Of a stretch of 64,000 nt of DNA, positions 1 through 10,800 are shown piece by piece. This stretch comes from Savitreella phatthalungensis. Its lineage: Eukaryota. Every line of letters begins with the position of its first letter. Position 1 is the stretch's first letter. The notes under the pieces were generated by a model. The model saw only the letters and a program-made list of their open reading frames with translations, was not told the origin of the DNA and did no database searches. A program made the position numbers and the translations under genes. The stretch spans positions 1 to 64,000 of the forward strand of contig AP039700.1 of assembly GCA_051599415.1 (NCBI GenBank), written 5' to 3'.

Positions 1-71
1 TTGTCTCTACTTCGTTCAGTTACGTATTGCTAAGGTTAAGACTACTTTCTGCCTTTGCGAGAACAGCACCT
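1..71 (+). other. Oxford Nanopore ligation adapter + native barcode (sequencing artefact, not genomic)
   Basis: TACTTCGTTCAGTTACGTATTGCT (8-31) matches the ONT adapter end. AAGGTTAA (32-39) and CAGCACCT (64-71) are the native-barcode flanks around a 24-mer, GACTACTTTCTGCCTTTGCGAGAA (40-63), recalled as NB06. Confidence 0.95.
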
Positions 72-163
72 AACCCTAACCCTAACCCTAACCCTAACCC
101 TAACCCTAACCCTAACCCTAACCCTAACCCTAACCCTAACCCTAACCCTAACCCTAACCCTAA
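72..163 (+). repeat. Telomeric tract (CCCTAA)n / TTAGGG type, about 15 units
   Basis: Perfect AACCCT tandem array at the contig start, with the C-rich strand oriented as expected for a left chromosome end. Confidence 0.97.
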
Positions 164-236
164 AACTAACCCTAAAACTAACCGACGTCACCCTGACCCT
201 CAAAAACTAACCGACGTCAAACTAACCAATGCAACA
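161..236 (+). repeat. Telomere-variant junction repeats
   Basis: AAAACTAACC variants. AAAACTAACCGACGTCA occurs at 174-190 and 203-219 (29-bp spacing), followed by a decayed third copy AAACTAACCAATGCA. Confidence 0.8.
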
Positions 237-515
237 ACCCTTGCTCTGCTTTGCTTGCTTGCTTGCCCGCTAACCTTGTTTCTTTGCTCACGCCTGCTGC
301 CTTGCTACACTACACTTGTCCGCACGCATACGCCCCTGCTGGTCTTCAACATCATTATCGTCTTGCTGTTTTCTTGCTGCTCCTCTTTCCGCTGTACTCC
401 TACGCTTGATCCCTCATCTGTCTGACATTCTTCCTCTTGTTTACCTGAAACATCCCTTGCCATTTGCACTTCACATTCTTACTGTTAACCGCCCTGTCAT
501 TTGTTTCATCTGCAA

Positions 516-703
516 CTGCACCGTCATCTGTCAAACACGGTTACCTGCATGTCACCTGCTAAATCCTGCTACCTGAACTGCCACCTGTCAAATGCTGTTA
601 CCTGCACTGCCACCTGTCAAACATCTTTACCTGCAACACAATTGTCAAATGCCTTTACCTGCACCATCATCTGTCAAACGCCTTCACCTGCATCATCACC
701 TGA
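516..703 (+). repeat. Degenerate 28-29 bp subtelomeric tandem repeat, about 6.5 units
   Basis: Units start at 516, 545, 573, 602, 631, 659 and 688. Approximate consensus CTGCACCGYCAYCTGTCAAACGCCGTTAC. A related fragment lies near 833-875. Confidence 0.85.
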
Positions 704-1289
704 CCCACTGCCCTGCTCTGTGGCCTGGCATTTGACAAACCCTTGATCTGCCAATTGCTGTTCACCTGTCATCTACTGTTTTCTGTTTCTGTCACTCACT
801 GTTGCCTGCACTGTACCCTGTTTCATCACTGCCCTGCCATCTGTCAAATGCTGTCATCTGTTAAACACTGCACTCTCACTTGATGTGTCATTGCTGTACT
901 GTCACTTGTCACTGTCATTTGTCACCTGGCCCTTGCGTCCGACTCTGTCTCTGCTTGTCATAAACATCACCTGCTTGGCCCTGACTTGACCCTGTTGCCT
1001 GCATTCTCATTCCTTGGACTGTAATTGGCACTGGCGCCTGTTGTGCAACATCAATTGACTCCAATGTCACATGGCATGCACTTTTTCCTATACTGTTGCT
1101 TCTCAAATCCATTGCTTGCGCTGTGCTGTGCCTGTTCCTTCACAACTGACTCTAATTCAATCTCACTGGCTCCTCTGGCTGTCTTCTGCTCTGTCCCATC
1201 TACTTCACCCTGTCATGCATTGTATACTGTCTACTTTGCTGTCATTGCGCTTTTCTGTGCTTTTTGTATGCCTAATGCTACTATCATCG

Positions 1290-1476
1290 CTACAGCTACT
1301 GCTGCGTTTATTACTGCTACTGCTACTGCTACTGCTACTGCTACTGTTCCTGCTACTGCTGCTGCTACTGCTTCTGCTACTATTGCTGCTGTTACTACCG
1401 CCACCACCACCACTGCTGCTGCTGCTTTTACTAACATCACCACCACTGCTGCTGCTGCTGCTACTGCTACTGCTGG
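1290..1476 (+). repeat. (CTGCTA)/(CTG)/(CCA) microsatellite block
   Basis: Runs of actgct, gctgct and ccacca. These generate spurious poly-L/poly-A/poly-S ORFs. Confidence 0.9.
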
Positions 1477-1802
1477 TGGGCATGCTACAAATTTGTCGAG
1501 CGCTGCAGTTTGGTCTTGCAGGTTTGAATGCAATTAGGTCTGAAATTGGTGTGTGTGCTGCAGTTTGGTTTTTGCAGTTTGGTCCATCCCAAACTGTTGA
1601 CTTACAGTCAGGGATGCCATGCAGTGTTTCATCTCTAACATTATGGCTTTGATCTGGCTCCGCTGAAATCAGTCTGGGTTTTCGAACGGAATACAATAAG
1701 TTCCAGCCGAGCGTGCTCAATTGATATCAGGGTGGTCATACCGCTGGCACCACTTCGAAAGTCTCTCAATTATTCTAAGGAGTACGCTAAGCTGCCTGTC
1801 TT

Positions 1803-4800
1803 TCAGTCGCCGTTGCCAAAGAGTCGATCCATTCCCGCATCACCTTCGCCTTGCATAACATCGGTGTCCCTCTGAATCGATACGGTCTGCTGGAACTTCC
1901 GAATGATCTCCTTTGTCGAGACATCTGCTCCAAGCTTGACCTTTGCTGCCGCGGGGCCACGACCGTACGCCTCTCGCCCAACGATGTCGTGGGCGGAGAG
2001 GAGCTCGTACATGAGACCACGTCGCGCTCGCTCAGTTTTGGACTCGTCGAGTTTCGCCTCGAAAATGCGGACCGCGCCAACAGCCCCGGACATTTGCGGG
2101 ATCGAGAGCAGGATGTCGCGCGGCAGGGTGCTCTTCTCGAGCATGAGCCAGTGAATGAAACTGAGAAGGCTGACGAGATCTGACTGGATGGACACGAAAT
2201 ATGGATCATGAATCGAGCGAATGGTGGCGGAGTAGACCTCGTGAGCGATAAATGTCTGAAGTTCCAGCTCAGGATGCTGAAGTACGTCTTGCACGATAGT
2301 CTTCAGGATCTTTGCCGCCTGGATGGCAGTGCGCGTATCATGAGCCCCCAAGAGCATCGTGAGCAATGACAGAATAGCGGCTGTCAGACTTCTGCTGCGG
2401 AAAACCCAATCCGCCATGTTCGGTAGATTACCCGATCGTTGCGTCGCGACGGGCGAAATGAGGACGTCGCTGATGAGCTTGACAACGGCGTAGGAAAGGT
2501 GCCGGAGGAGAGACTCCTCCATCATTTCGTCCGAGAGGGAATCTTCAGCACCGGACGGCTGAGGCGGCTTGTCTGTCAGCTGCGCCCACTCTGCACGAAG
2601 TTTCTCGCTCGCTGTGTTGACAAAGGGCTCGAGGATCGGAAGCACTGTGTCCCAACATTCCCGTGGACAATTGAGGACATAATGGCGAAGGCACGATGTC
2701 ACGGTCGAAGACCAGATATGAAGAGACATACCGTGCGTGTTGCCATACAAAGCCGCGAAGAGCGCATCGCTCAAGCCCTCGATACTGTAGAATGCCTCAC
2801 CGAGCATCGAAAATGTTCCGAGCGAGACGAGACAGTATTCGCGCGTCTTGCGCAGAAAGTGGCCCGTACTGTGCACAACTTCGCGGACGTTGTTTGTGCC
2901 GCGCGACGAAGCCTCGAGGAATTCATCCCGGGTGACAGACGATACGCCGTGGAGCCAGAAACGCTCGACAACAGATTGCGAGACGACCAGGCGGACATTC
3001 TCCGGGCTTGAAGCCCATAAACGCTCGTCATGGTACTCGGCAATACGTGAGAGCAGCCGAAGGATGTTCGGGACCAGGACGCGCACAGGTTCCCTCCACA
3101 GAGTACGTTGGAGTTCTCGAACAGCCGGCGCACAGTCTAGCGATGCATCAACAAATTTGCGCGAAGCACGAACCGGCCAAAACCAGCGGCGTGACAACCG
3201 CAGATTCTTGACGAGCTCTTTGCCCTGATCGTCGAGCGGACAAGAATCGAGACCTGCCGGCGTCATGACTCCCCGAGCACTGAGATAGGCTGCGGCTGTG
3301 TCGATCTGTAAGGTCTCCTTGAAACCGTCGAATGTGCTGAAAGAGCGTGTCAAGCCTTCATCGTTCCACACTCGGCAGACTTTCCCAACGAGTTTGTTGA
3401 ATTCGAGGCGCTTGCGATCGCTGTCAGCATGGGCCGATCGCTGACTGACAATAAGCAGCAGAGCGTTGAAGATTGTATGTTCGCCCTCTGATGCCGTTGG
3501 ACGCTCGAGAATGCGATCGACAGTGGCCTCGAGCTGCGGATAGACATTCCACAGCTGGTCTGGCAGGGTCGCCGCAAGTCGCAGTAGCTCAGTACCACAG
3601 CGACCACGTAGATCACGGATGGTGACGAAGGTGGCTTCTGCTAGGTCGTCGGGATAGTAATAGGTCGCTGTTTGGATCACCTTTTCCAGAATTCTAAACA
3701 GTAGATCAGAATGCTCATCGAGGAAGAAAGCAAAAGCGACCATGGCGGAGACGTGCTTGCTCAAGGTCAGCGGGTCCTCGAACGTCATATCTGCAATTTC
3801 TGCGCACCACGAGACGGCCGAGGCAGAGAGTTGTTTCAAGGTCGCGACCTCTGCCGTCTCTGCGTTATTTGCCTTTCCAAGCACTAAATCACGGAACCTC
3901 AAGATGCCGCGAAGACCGGCTTCGACCAGCATGAACTTTGCCTCGACGGGCAGATATGTTGCCGAAGTCTTGCTGCAGAAGCCGGACGGCGGCTGATACT
4001 CGCGTGCAAAAAAGTCCCGTACATTTGCACGAATCCATTCGATCGCATCGATGGGGCGCTTGTAGACGATCATGCGCACTATGTCGAAGACAAAGCGGCG
4101 GTAATTTCCACAGAACGCATGTACCTCCTGGGCGCTCTCTATATCGACGTCCAGGTATCTCTGAACATCAGAACCCCTGAGCATCTCCTGCTTGGCGTCC
4201 TCGAATCGTAGGAAGCGGGAGGACGCCTCACTGAGCAACTTCGGAAGACGCTCAAGCACATGTGGGTGCTCGCTCATTTTTTCATCCCGCAGCAGTGAGC
4301 ACCAGAAACTGTTCGACATGCCAGAAATCACGAGTGAGGCGTGTTCCCATGTAAGCATGACGAGATCCAGAAGTGGGGCCAAGTCGATCTCAGGTATCGA
4401 CTTGCCCTCTGAAGAACCAAATTTGAAGCAGGCAAGAGCGATTACAGTCTCTGAGAGCTTCTTGAGCATCGTATAGAGCTCATCATCCGACAGTGTGCCG
4501 TATTCGTCGAAGTGTAGCTGCGAGGCCGATTTTTGCCATACGTGAGATATAGCCTGAAGCGCCGCTGGCTCGAAGAGCGTATGAATGGGGCCAAGTAGCT
4601 CGTCCTTGGGATGCAGTGGACGGGTGAGCAGGATGTATAGGCAGTCAACCGCACAGGTCGCTAGTGCAATGTCGTCGCTCACGAGAGCTTGCCCGACACG
4701 CTGCATCACGTCCGACTCGACAATGGCTCGTGTAATGATGAATCCAACAGTCGATCTGAGAACATGAAAGATCGCTAATGCATCCGACCCATCGCCAGCA

Positions 4801-5456
4801 GCGAGCTCGTCACAGATGCGCTTCAACCAGCCTTCTGCTCCAGGATTCGCTGGAATGCCGTGCACGAGCGATGTCGGATTCTGCGCATAGAACTCGCGCA
4901 CGGACTTGTCCGATGCAATGATGGTAATGATGCCTGCACTGAGAATAGGTCCCCGAACGCTGGCCAGTGGATCGTCGTTGTGGAACACGTCTTCGACAAT
5001 GTTGTTCAACGCTTTGAGCGAAAGCTGCCGTCTTACGCGCCCACCTGACCAAAGCTGCAAGAGAGTCGCATCGAAGTCCGACCACGAGAGCAGCCACTCG
5101 CGTTTCGCCAGGTCGACAAGAAGTGCTGCGAGCTTCTCGACGATGAAATTTGCCTCGTTGTCGGAGATGCCTAGACAAAGTGCGACAACCCACTTGCGAA
5201 CCTGGATCTTTTCGTCCGGACTCAGAGAAGCCCAATCGCGCGTTAGACATGTACCCAGGAGGTTGAGACCGTAATGGCGGACGATTGGAGAAGATTGGTT
5301 TGCAAGCTCATTACCGTACACGCAAGCCTGACGCTTGTCCTTTGACAGCTGATCGAGATGGCGCTGGGCGGACTGCCGAGAGTCGTTGCTTGCGGTTGGA
5401 TCATGAATCACTTCAAGGGCGCGCACGACAAGCGCAAGGCCCTCGTCATCGCTCAT
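1803..5456 (-). CDS. MSN5: Karyopherin Msn5 / exportin-5
   Basis: 1217-aa helical ORF with an importin-beta/Xpo1-like N-terminus (ALEVIHDP..R..AQ..L; VRHYGL; EKLAALLVDLAKREW) and a late LSDEMMEESLLR motif. The first ATG is at 5456; the ORF track starts at an upstream GTG. Confidence 0.85.
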   Translation of the reverse strand: MSDDEGLALVVRALEVIHDPTASNDSRQSAQRHLDQLSKDKRQACVYGNELANQSSPIVRHYGLNLLGTCLTRDWASLSPDEKIQVRKWVVALCLGISDNEANFIVEKLAALLVDLAKREWLLSWSDFDATLLQLWSGGRVRRQLSLKALNNIVEDVFHNDDPLASVRGPILSAGIITIIASDKSVREFYAQNPTSLVHGIPANPGAEGWLKRICDELAAGDGSDALAIFHVLRSTVGFIITRAIVESDVMQRVGQALVSDDIALATCAVDCLYILLTRPLHPKDELLGPIHTLFEPAALQAISHVWQKSASQLHFDEYGTLSDDELYTMLKKLSETVIALACFKFGSSEGKSIPEIDLAPLLDLVMLTWEHASLVISGMSNSFWCSLLRDEKMSEHPHVLERLPKLLSEASSRFLRFEDAKQEMLRGSDVQRYLDVDIESAQEVHAFCGNYRRFVFDIVRMIVYKRPIDAIEWIRANVRDFFAREYQPPSGFCSKTSATYLPVEAKFMLVEAGLRGILRFRDLVLGKANNAETAEVATLKQLSASAVSWCAEIADMTFEDPLTLSKHVSAMVAFAFFLDEHSDLLFRILEKVIQTATYYYPDDLAEATFVTIRDLRGRCGTELLRLAATLPDQLWNVYPQLEATVDRILERPTASEGEHTIFNALLLIVSQRSAHADSDRKRLEFNKLVGKVCRVWNDEGLTRSFSTFDGFKETLQIDTAAAYLSARGVMTPAGLDSCPLDDQGKELVKNLRLSRRWFWPVRASRKFVDASLDCAPAVRELQRTLWREPVRVLVPNILRLLSRIAEYHDERLWASSPENVRLVVSQSVVERFWLHGVSSVTRDEFLEASSRGTNNVREVVHSTGHFLRKTREYCLVSLGTFSMLGEAFYSIEGLSDALFAALYGNTHGMSLHIWSSTVTSCLRHYVLNCPRECWDTVLPILEPFVNTASEKLRAEWAQLTDKPPQPSGAEDSLSDEMMEESLLRHLSYAVVKLISDVLISPVATQRSGNLPNMADWVFRSRSLTAAILSLLTMLLGAHDTRTAIQAAKILKTIVQDVLQHPELELQTFIAHEVYSATIRSIHDPYFVSIQSDLVSLLSFIHWLMLEKSTLPRDILLSIPQMSGAVGAVRIFEAKLDESKTERARRGLMYELLSAHDIVGREAYGRGPAAAKVKLGADVSTKEIIRKFQQTVSIQRDTDVMQGEGDAGMDRLFGNGD

Positions 5457-6410
5457 GCCCGCGCAGGCCACCTGTCTGAGACGAGATTATGCTTCAGCGT
5501 TTCTTTCGGCGCGCGGTCTGAACCGCAACACTGACGCGTGACGTCGTGCTGCTCGTCAACGGTTGCCGCTGCGACTCGATTGTCAGCTGTTGCAACCCTG
5601 CGCGAGGTTGAATTCACCGCGTCTGTGAAGAACGCCTGGTTTAGGTTTAAATTGACTCTGAGTACCGGTAACAGGAAAGCCGGTGCTATTCGCGTTCGCT
5701 TGTCGATTCTCTTGCCATAGCTATACGATGGCTAGCTTGAGGTACTCAGATGGATAGATCTGGATAGATGGATGGGGGGATGAATAGATGCATTGGTCGA
5801 TCAAAATCATCGACAGATCAATTCATCTTGCATTTTCATTTGGATAAATTGGGTTGTACGCACGTGCGTATACTACGTTCAGACTCACTCACTGAGCTCA
5901 CTCTATAATTGGGAAGACCATTGCATCAATTATGTACAGCCATATGTCCGAGCGATCGCAGAAACTTCCTTGCGCTCTAGTCAATTGCTTGATCGCCCAG
6001 TCAATCACTGAACGGCTCACTCATTCTTTCCTGTACTTACTGGCTCAGTCATTCCGGTCAATCAGGATTCATAACTTCACGAACTGCAATCGAACGCTCG
6101 GTCCCGGTGTAAGCTGCATTGAAGCACCAGCATCATCCTACCCAATCCGTCCGCTAATTTAAATTATTGGATTATGAATTTATGCATATTTGCATGAAAG
6201 TTATCCTGCTGATGTCCAGCTCTTTCATTCGAGTCCCGCAAATGAGCAGCAGGAAGTGTGTGCATATGCCGCATGCATAAAAGAGCCCCCGACATGCGCA
6301 CACGCAATGCCAACTTCAGATTGCTCAGAACAAAATGGTCTCCACTCTGGATTCTGATTTCTGCTGTGGGCAACGTGACGTAGGCTTGAACGGTCTGATT
6401 TGCTCGAAGG

Positions 6411-6929
6411 ATGCCTACAGGTTATTACACTCGTGAAGACGGGATTGTCATTGGGCCCGACGGTAAGCCATGTAAGCAGTGCAACTCATTCAAGGCGCTC
6501 ATGAGTCTAGGCGGACAGCCAGTCAAGACATCTGATACTGCTAAACCCTCGGAGATCAGTGAAACAAAGAAGGATGAGACCGTCTCGCTAGAACAACCCC
6601 CTGACGTCGAGGTCCTCGGCCGCGCCTCCTGGACGCTCCTACACACTACTGCCGCAAATTATCCGGCCCTGCCCACGCCTGTACAGCAGAACGACATGGC
6701 CGCCTTTTTGCGAACATTTGCGCAATTCTATCCATGTGGAATGTGCGCACAGGATTTGCGCGAGTGGATGTCGAAGGCTGGCAATCAGCCTGTGCTCGAC
6801 CGTGGCTGGGCCGGTCTTGGTCAGTGGATGTGTCGTGCTCACAACGAGGTGAACGAGAAGCTCGGCAAACCGCAATTCGACTGCAAACTCTGGCGCCAGC
6901 GATGGAAGGATGGTTCTGTGGGTCCCTAA
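6411..6929 (+). CDS. ERV1: FAD-linked sulfhydryl oxidase Erv1/ALR
   Basis: N-terminal KPCKQC shuttle motif, PPDVEVLGRASWTLLH, YPCGMCA, WMCRAHNEVNEKLGKPQFDC, RWKDG. Confidence 0.95.
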   Translation: MPTGYYTREDGIVIGPDGKPCKQCNSFKALMSLGGQPVKTSDTAKPSEISETKKDETVSLEQPPDVEVLGRASWTLLHTTAANYPALPTPVQQNDMAAFLRTFAQFYPCGMCAQDLREWMSKAGNQPVLDRGWAGLGQWMCRAHNEVNEKLGKPQFDCKLWRQRWKDGSVGP

Positions 6930-7762
6930 TCTGCCTGCCATCGCTCGACATCGAAACACGCAGCCCGCAGCCCAGTACGCAGGCTGTGTGATTCGCTGCC
7001 GGCGTGACGCACTGCCGCCTGGAACTGACCGCGAGCCACAAGCTGCTTTATCAGAATGCCTTCCGGTAGCACCTCCGCTAGCCATCCAAATTCCAGGTCG
7101 TCGAATGGGAAGGAGGCCAGGTTGACACTCGCAATGCGAATGACCATCTCAAACATTCCCCTGCGCACTTCTATTGGTAGATTGCGAGTGAAAAGGACGG
7201 CGGAGGATGTGCTGACGCGAGCCATGGCTCTGAGATATGTCTCAAGCTTGTCGTCGTTATCGAGGCGGATGTCGAGCGTTTGAACGAGTAAAACAACCAA
7301 ATCTGGCCTGTTTGCGGCACTGAAAGCATGCATTATCTTGCTTGCAAAATTGGGGGTCAGACCTGGCGCACACAGGCTTGCAAACGCCGCATCCGGATCT
7401 TTGCCCCGGTCCAGGTGCCAATATGCGTCCATTAGTGCTCGATAGTTGTCCGGTATCCGACACCTACGAGCGTATTCTCCGTTGGCGTCCCAATCGAGCA
7501 TGATGTAGTAAATACAGCATTGCTTCTTCAGCAGATCGACTGGACTATTGTAGATAGCCTCATGTAGTAGACGCACCTCTTGGGAACTCCTCGGGGGATA
7601 CAAGCGTGCCGGGCTGGCGACCTGCGCGATTTCTGTCAGAACTAGATCAAAGAAAAATGCATTGTCGAGACGTCTGCGAGCGTTGCGAAGCTCCTCGATC
7701 TTCTGCTTCGTATAGGGGAAAAGACCTGGATCAAGCGGAAACGTCTTCTCATATGTGTCCAT
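6926..7762 (-). CDS. ELYS-domain nuclear pore assembly protein (Ely5-like)
   Basis: FFDLVL...LYPP....LHEAI....DLLKKQCCIYYIMLD...MDAYWHLDR pattern of the fungal ELYS domain. The likely start is MDTYEK at 7762, because the longer ORF would overlap separase. Confidence 0.75.
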   Translation of the reverse strand: MDTYEKTFPLDPGLFPYTKQKIEELRNARRRLDNAFFFDLVLTEIAQVASPARLYPPRSSQEVRLLHEAIYNSPVDLLKKQCCIYYIMLDWDANGEYARRCRIPDNYRALMDAYWHLDRGKDPDAAFASLCAPGLTPNFASKIMHAFSAANRPDLVVLLVQTLDIRLDNDDKLETYLRAMARVSTSSAVLFTRNLPIEVRRGMFEMVIRIASVNLASFPFDDLEFGWLAEVLPEGILIKQLVARGQFQAAVRHAGSESHSLRTGLRAACFDVERWQAD

Positions 7763-7891
7763 CGAACGATTGTTGTTGGCCGATCCTGCGTCAACCTGGC
7801 TATTGTATGCGCCAATATATCTGGTGATTGCGCTGCTAATAAAATATCCTGTGTCTGATAATGACGCGCGCGCGAATTTGTCACGAATGGC

Positions 7892-10800
7892 ATGCCCACC
7901 ACGAGACGGCGCAATGATGGTGGGCTCGCTCAAGCGGTTCGTGGAATCACGAACGTTAGGGACGGCGACGTGAAGCTGCTCAACGGCGTCAAGGAAGTGC
8001 TCACAAAGGCGCGAGAAGATGAGGCCGTACAACTGCTCAGATGCGCCCTGACACGCTTAAGCGGCCAGCCTCCGGCGCGTACAAGGGATTTATTGCTCGC
8101 AATATGTGCAACATGCCATGCTGCTCTTCGTCCAACAGCAGAAAGTGGTGTGGTGTGCTGCAATTACATCGGCATGCTTGTCGAGTTCAAGCTCTTCGAA
8201 GATGCACATACGAAGAGCATGGTGACGCTGTCCAGATACGGTGCCACCAGGCAGATCGTGCTTCCGGAAACCACTGTGGACGATATCGGCCTGACATTGG
8301 CCTTGACAATGCAGCTACAGTTCCTGCGATGCGCCAAGGTATGCGATCTAGCTATTGCAGACGACGCTATACTAGACGGCCCAATTCGGCTTGTCAAACT
8401 TCAGCTCGAGGCAGATCCATACGAGGGCTCGAAATTTCTGACCTTCTTAGCGGGACTGTCAAGAGAGCTAGACATCGGATTGCATCCACAGATGCGCCTC
8501 TTCGCGATGCAGGAAGATGCAGATGTGAGGCCTCTGCTTACTTCGATCGCCCGTCTGCGGATAAAACCAGCCGCTCTGGATGAATCACTGCAGCGGGAGC
8601 TCGAGATCTTGTGGCCGCGACTTGAGAGATTCGCAACGGACGCCGTTTACGATGGACTCGAAACGATCCAAGGGAAGCCTTTCTGGTCACGCCCACGCCC
8701 ATCAGTCGGCCTTTTCGCCACTATGGACGATCTGGTTCGACAGAAATCAGACTGGTTGGAAGCCGCAAACCTGATCCAGAGCGTAGAGACTGCAAAGACG
8801 ACCACTCCGGCGCAAGCCCGCACCTTCCTTCAGTTTTTGAACCTTTACCGGGAATCGCTCGGCAAGCTCGAATTGCGACAACGGGCGGAGGTCTTAGAAC
8901 AGCTCATCTCAATTGTACGAAAGCTCGCTACGGATGCTAAGACTGCTCTCACTGCTCGGCGCTTGCTGATTGCTGCCCTGCCGGACATGATGGGGGAGAT
9001 GACGACCCGATCAGTCAGCAGTCCATTGCACGAGAGTAATTTGAGTGGATTGGTCGACCTTTGCGAGGGCGAGAGCCTTCGCCTGCTCCGTCTCCAGCTG
9101 CACAATACTGCTGGACGATGCTTCAACGCCAAAGCGTGGTTCTCTGCTGCTTTGTGTTTTGATGCGTATATGCGATGTGAAACGGACGTGGCGCCCGAGA
9201 AATTTCGATATACTTGGACAGCCTATTTGAAAGCCAATGAGCCGGTGATGGCAATCAGAGTCATGATAGCTTCGATGCGGCCAGCGAACAGCGCACCAGA
9301 GACGATCGCGCTCACCATAAGGACAGCTCTAGCACTGGACAATCTTCCAGATGATGTATTTTTGAATTGCTCGGCAAGAGAGGCGCTTCTTGAGCAGCTC
9401 TTACAGCACGCATCGCATCAGAAGACTGCGAGGCTCGCTCGATTGCTGATGCTCGACGACGCGCCTGGACTGCTGTGTCGCGCTGCTACATTAGCAGATC
9501 TTGCTGGCGACACGGCTCTTCGAGAGGAGATGATCGGAAAAGTCATTGAGCCGAAAGGGTTGGATGCTATCGAAGTGACTTTGCTCGAAGAATCCGATGG
9601 CTATAGCGCGGCCCAGGCCGCGATCTCTGCTCTTGCGAAAGCAGAATTCTGCCAGCGCAGCAGGCGCTTGCTCGTGTCTGCATATCATCGCTGCGTCGCA
9701 GGTAAATATAGCGCACTGCTGCTTGAGCTTGCGTGCAACCCGTGGCGTCATCAGGTTCCGGAATTGAGAAGTCCAGCTTTCATGCTCGCCGTTGCTCAAG
9801 CGGCGATGCATGATGATATGGACGCTGTAGCAGAGGCTGCACTGGCAGCAGGTCGGCTTGAGACGCCGCCTTCGCCAGAACGGGAATTGCTTTATCTGCA
9901 ACTTGCCTGCCTGAATGGAGATGACGGCATGGCCAGGGCGACGCTCGCGCGCGTTCGATCATGGTTCGCAACGCTTCTGCCTCGGCCATCGCTGGATGAT
10001 CATGCACGGTTCCTTCGGGTTTTCGGACAATGGGCCAGGTATAGTGGTGATCATGGCTCAGCTGCAGACGCACTCGCAGAAGTAATAGCCATCCGACGCA
10101 AACTGCTTGGCAAGAGAGTCGGCCCTGACCTGGACCAACAGCTGTCGAGGATAAATCTCGACGAGGAATCTCATGATCAACTCAAGCTTACGAGTTCTTT
10201 GGCCGATGCCCATGCTGAATTAGCAGCTGTGCTCGAGCACTCGGGAGTCGTGCAGGAAGCCTCGTTTCATCGTGATGAAGCTCATCGATTGACAGCTGGA
10301 CAGAGTTCGCTCGCTCAGCTTGAGCATATGCTCGCACAATCTTCTCTGAAGTCTCGATCTAGATGGGAGGAGGCTGAAGTGCGCGACCTTTCACGATTAC
10401 CGGCACACATCGCTGCGCTCCACAACGTCCACGCGGCGGCCATTCTTCATCACAAAGGACAGTTGGACAAAAGTCGTGTTTTGTTGAGCGCCGCCATGAC
10501 GGCTCCCGGTGATTCTGCCATCAATGCTATGTTGCAGCGAGCCCTAAAAATGACGCGACATGATGAGCATCCATTGATGCGACAAGTCCTCACGAAAGCG
10601 ACACATCAACTTCTCATTTGCTGTCCAAACCTCGAGCCGGACCGTTCATCAGAGTATACGCGCGCTCACTTCGATCTGGCAGCTGCAGTTGCCAAGCTTT
10701 GCAATGAGCCGATTTTGGGCAGCCTGCGAGATTCGGTGCTCTGCTTCCCGAGCATTCAGCGGTCAAAGCATAGAGAGCAACCTTTCCCGCAACTTGCGGA

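Noticed and set aside
27..425. ORF with PNPNPN repeats
   Set aside because: Translation of adapter plus telomere repeat.
516..703. 29-bp repeats as a CRISPR array
   Set aside because: Tandem degenerate units with no spacers; eukaryotic subtelomere; no cas genes.
1025..1720. Overlapping poly-A/T, poly-L and poly-S ORFs
   Set aside because: Produced by the stop-free CTGCTA microsatellite in several frames.
7763..8032. N-terminal extension of the ELYS ORF overlapping separase
   Set aside because: Non-ATG start and head-to-head overlap; domain similarity begins after Met at 7762.
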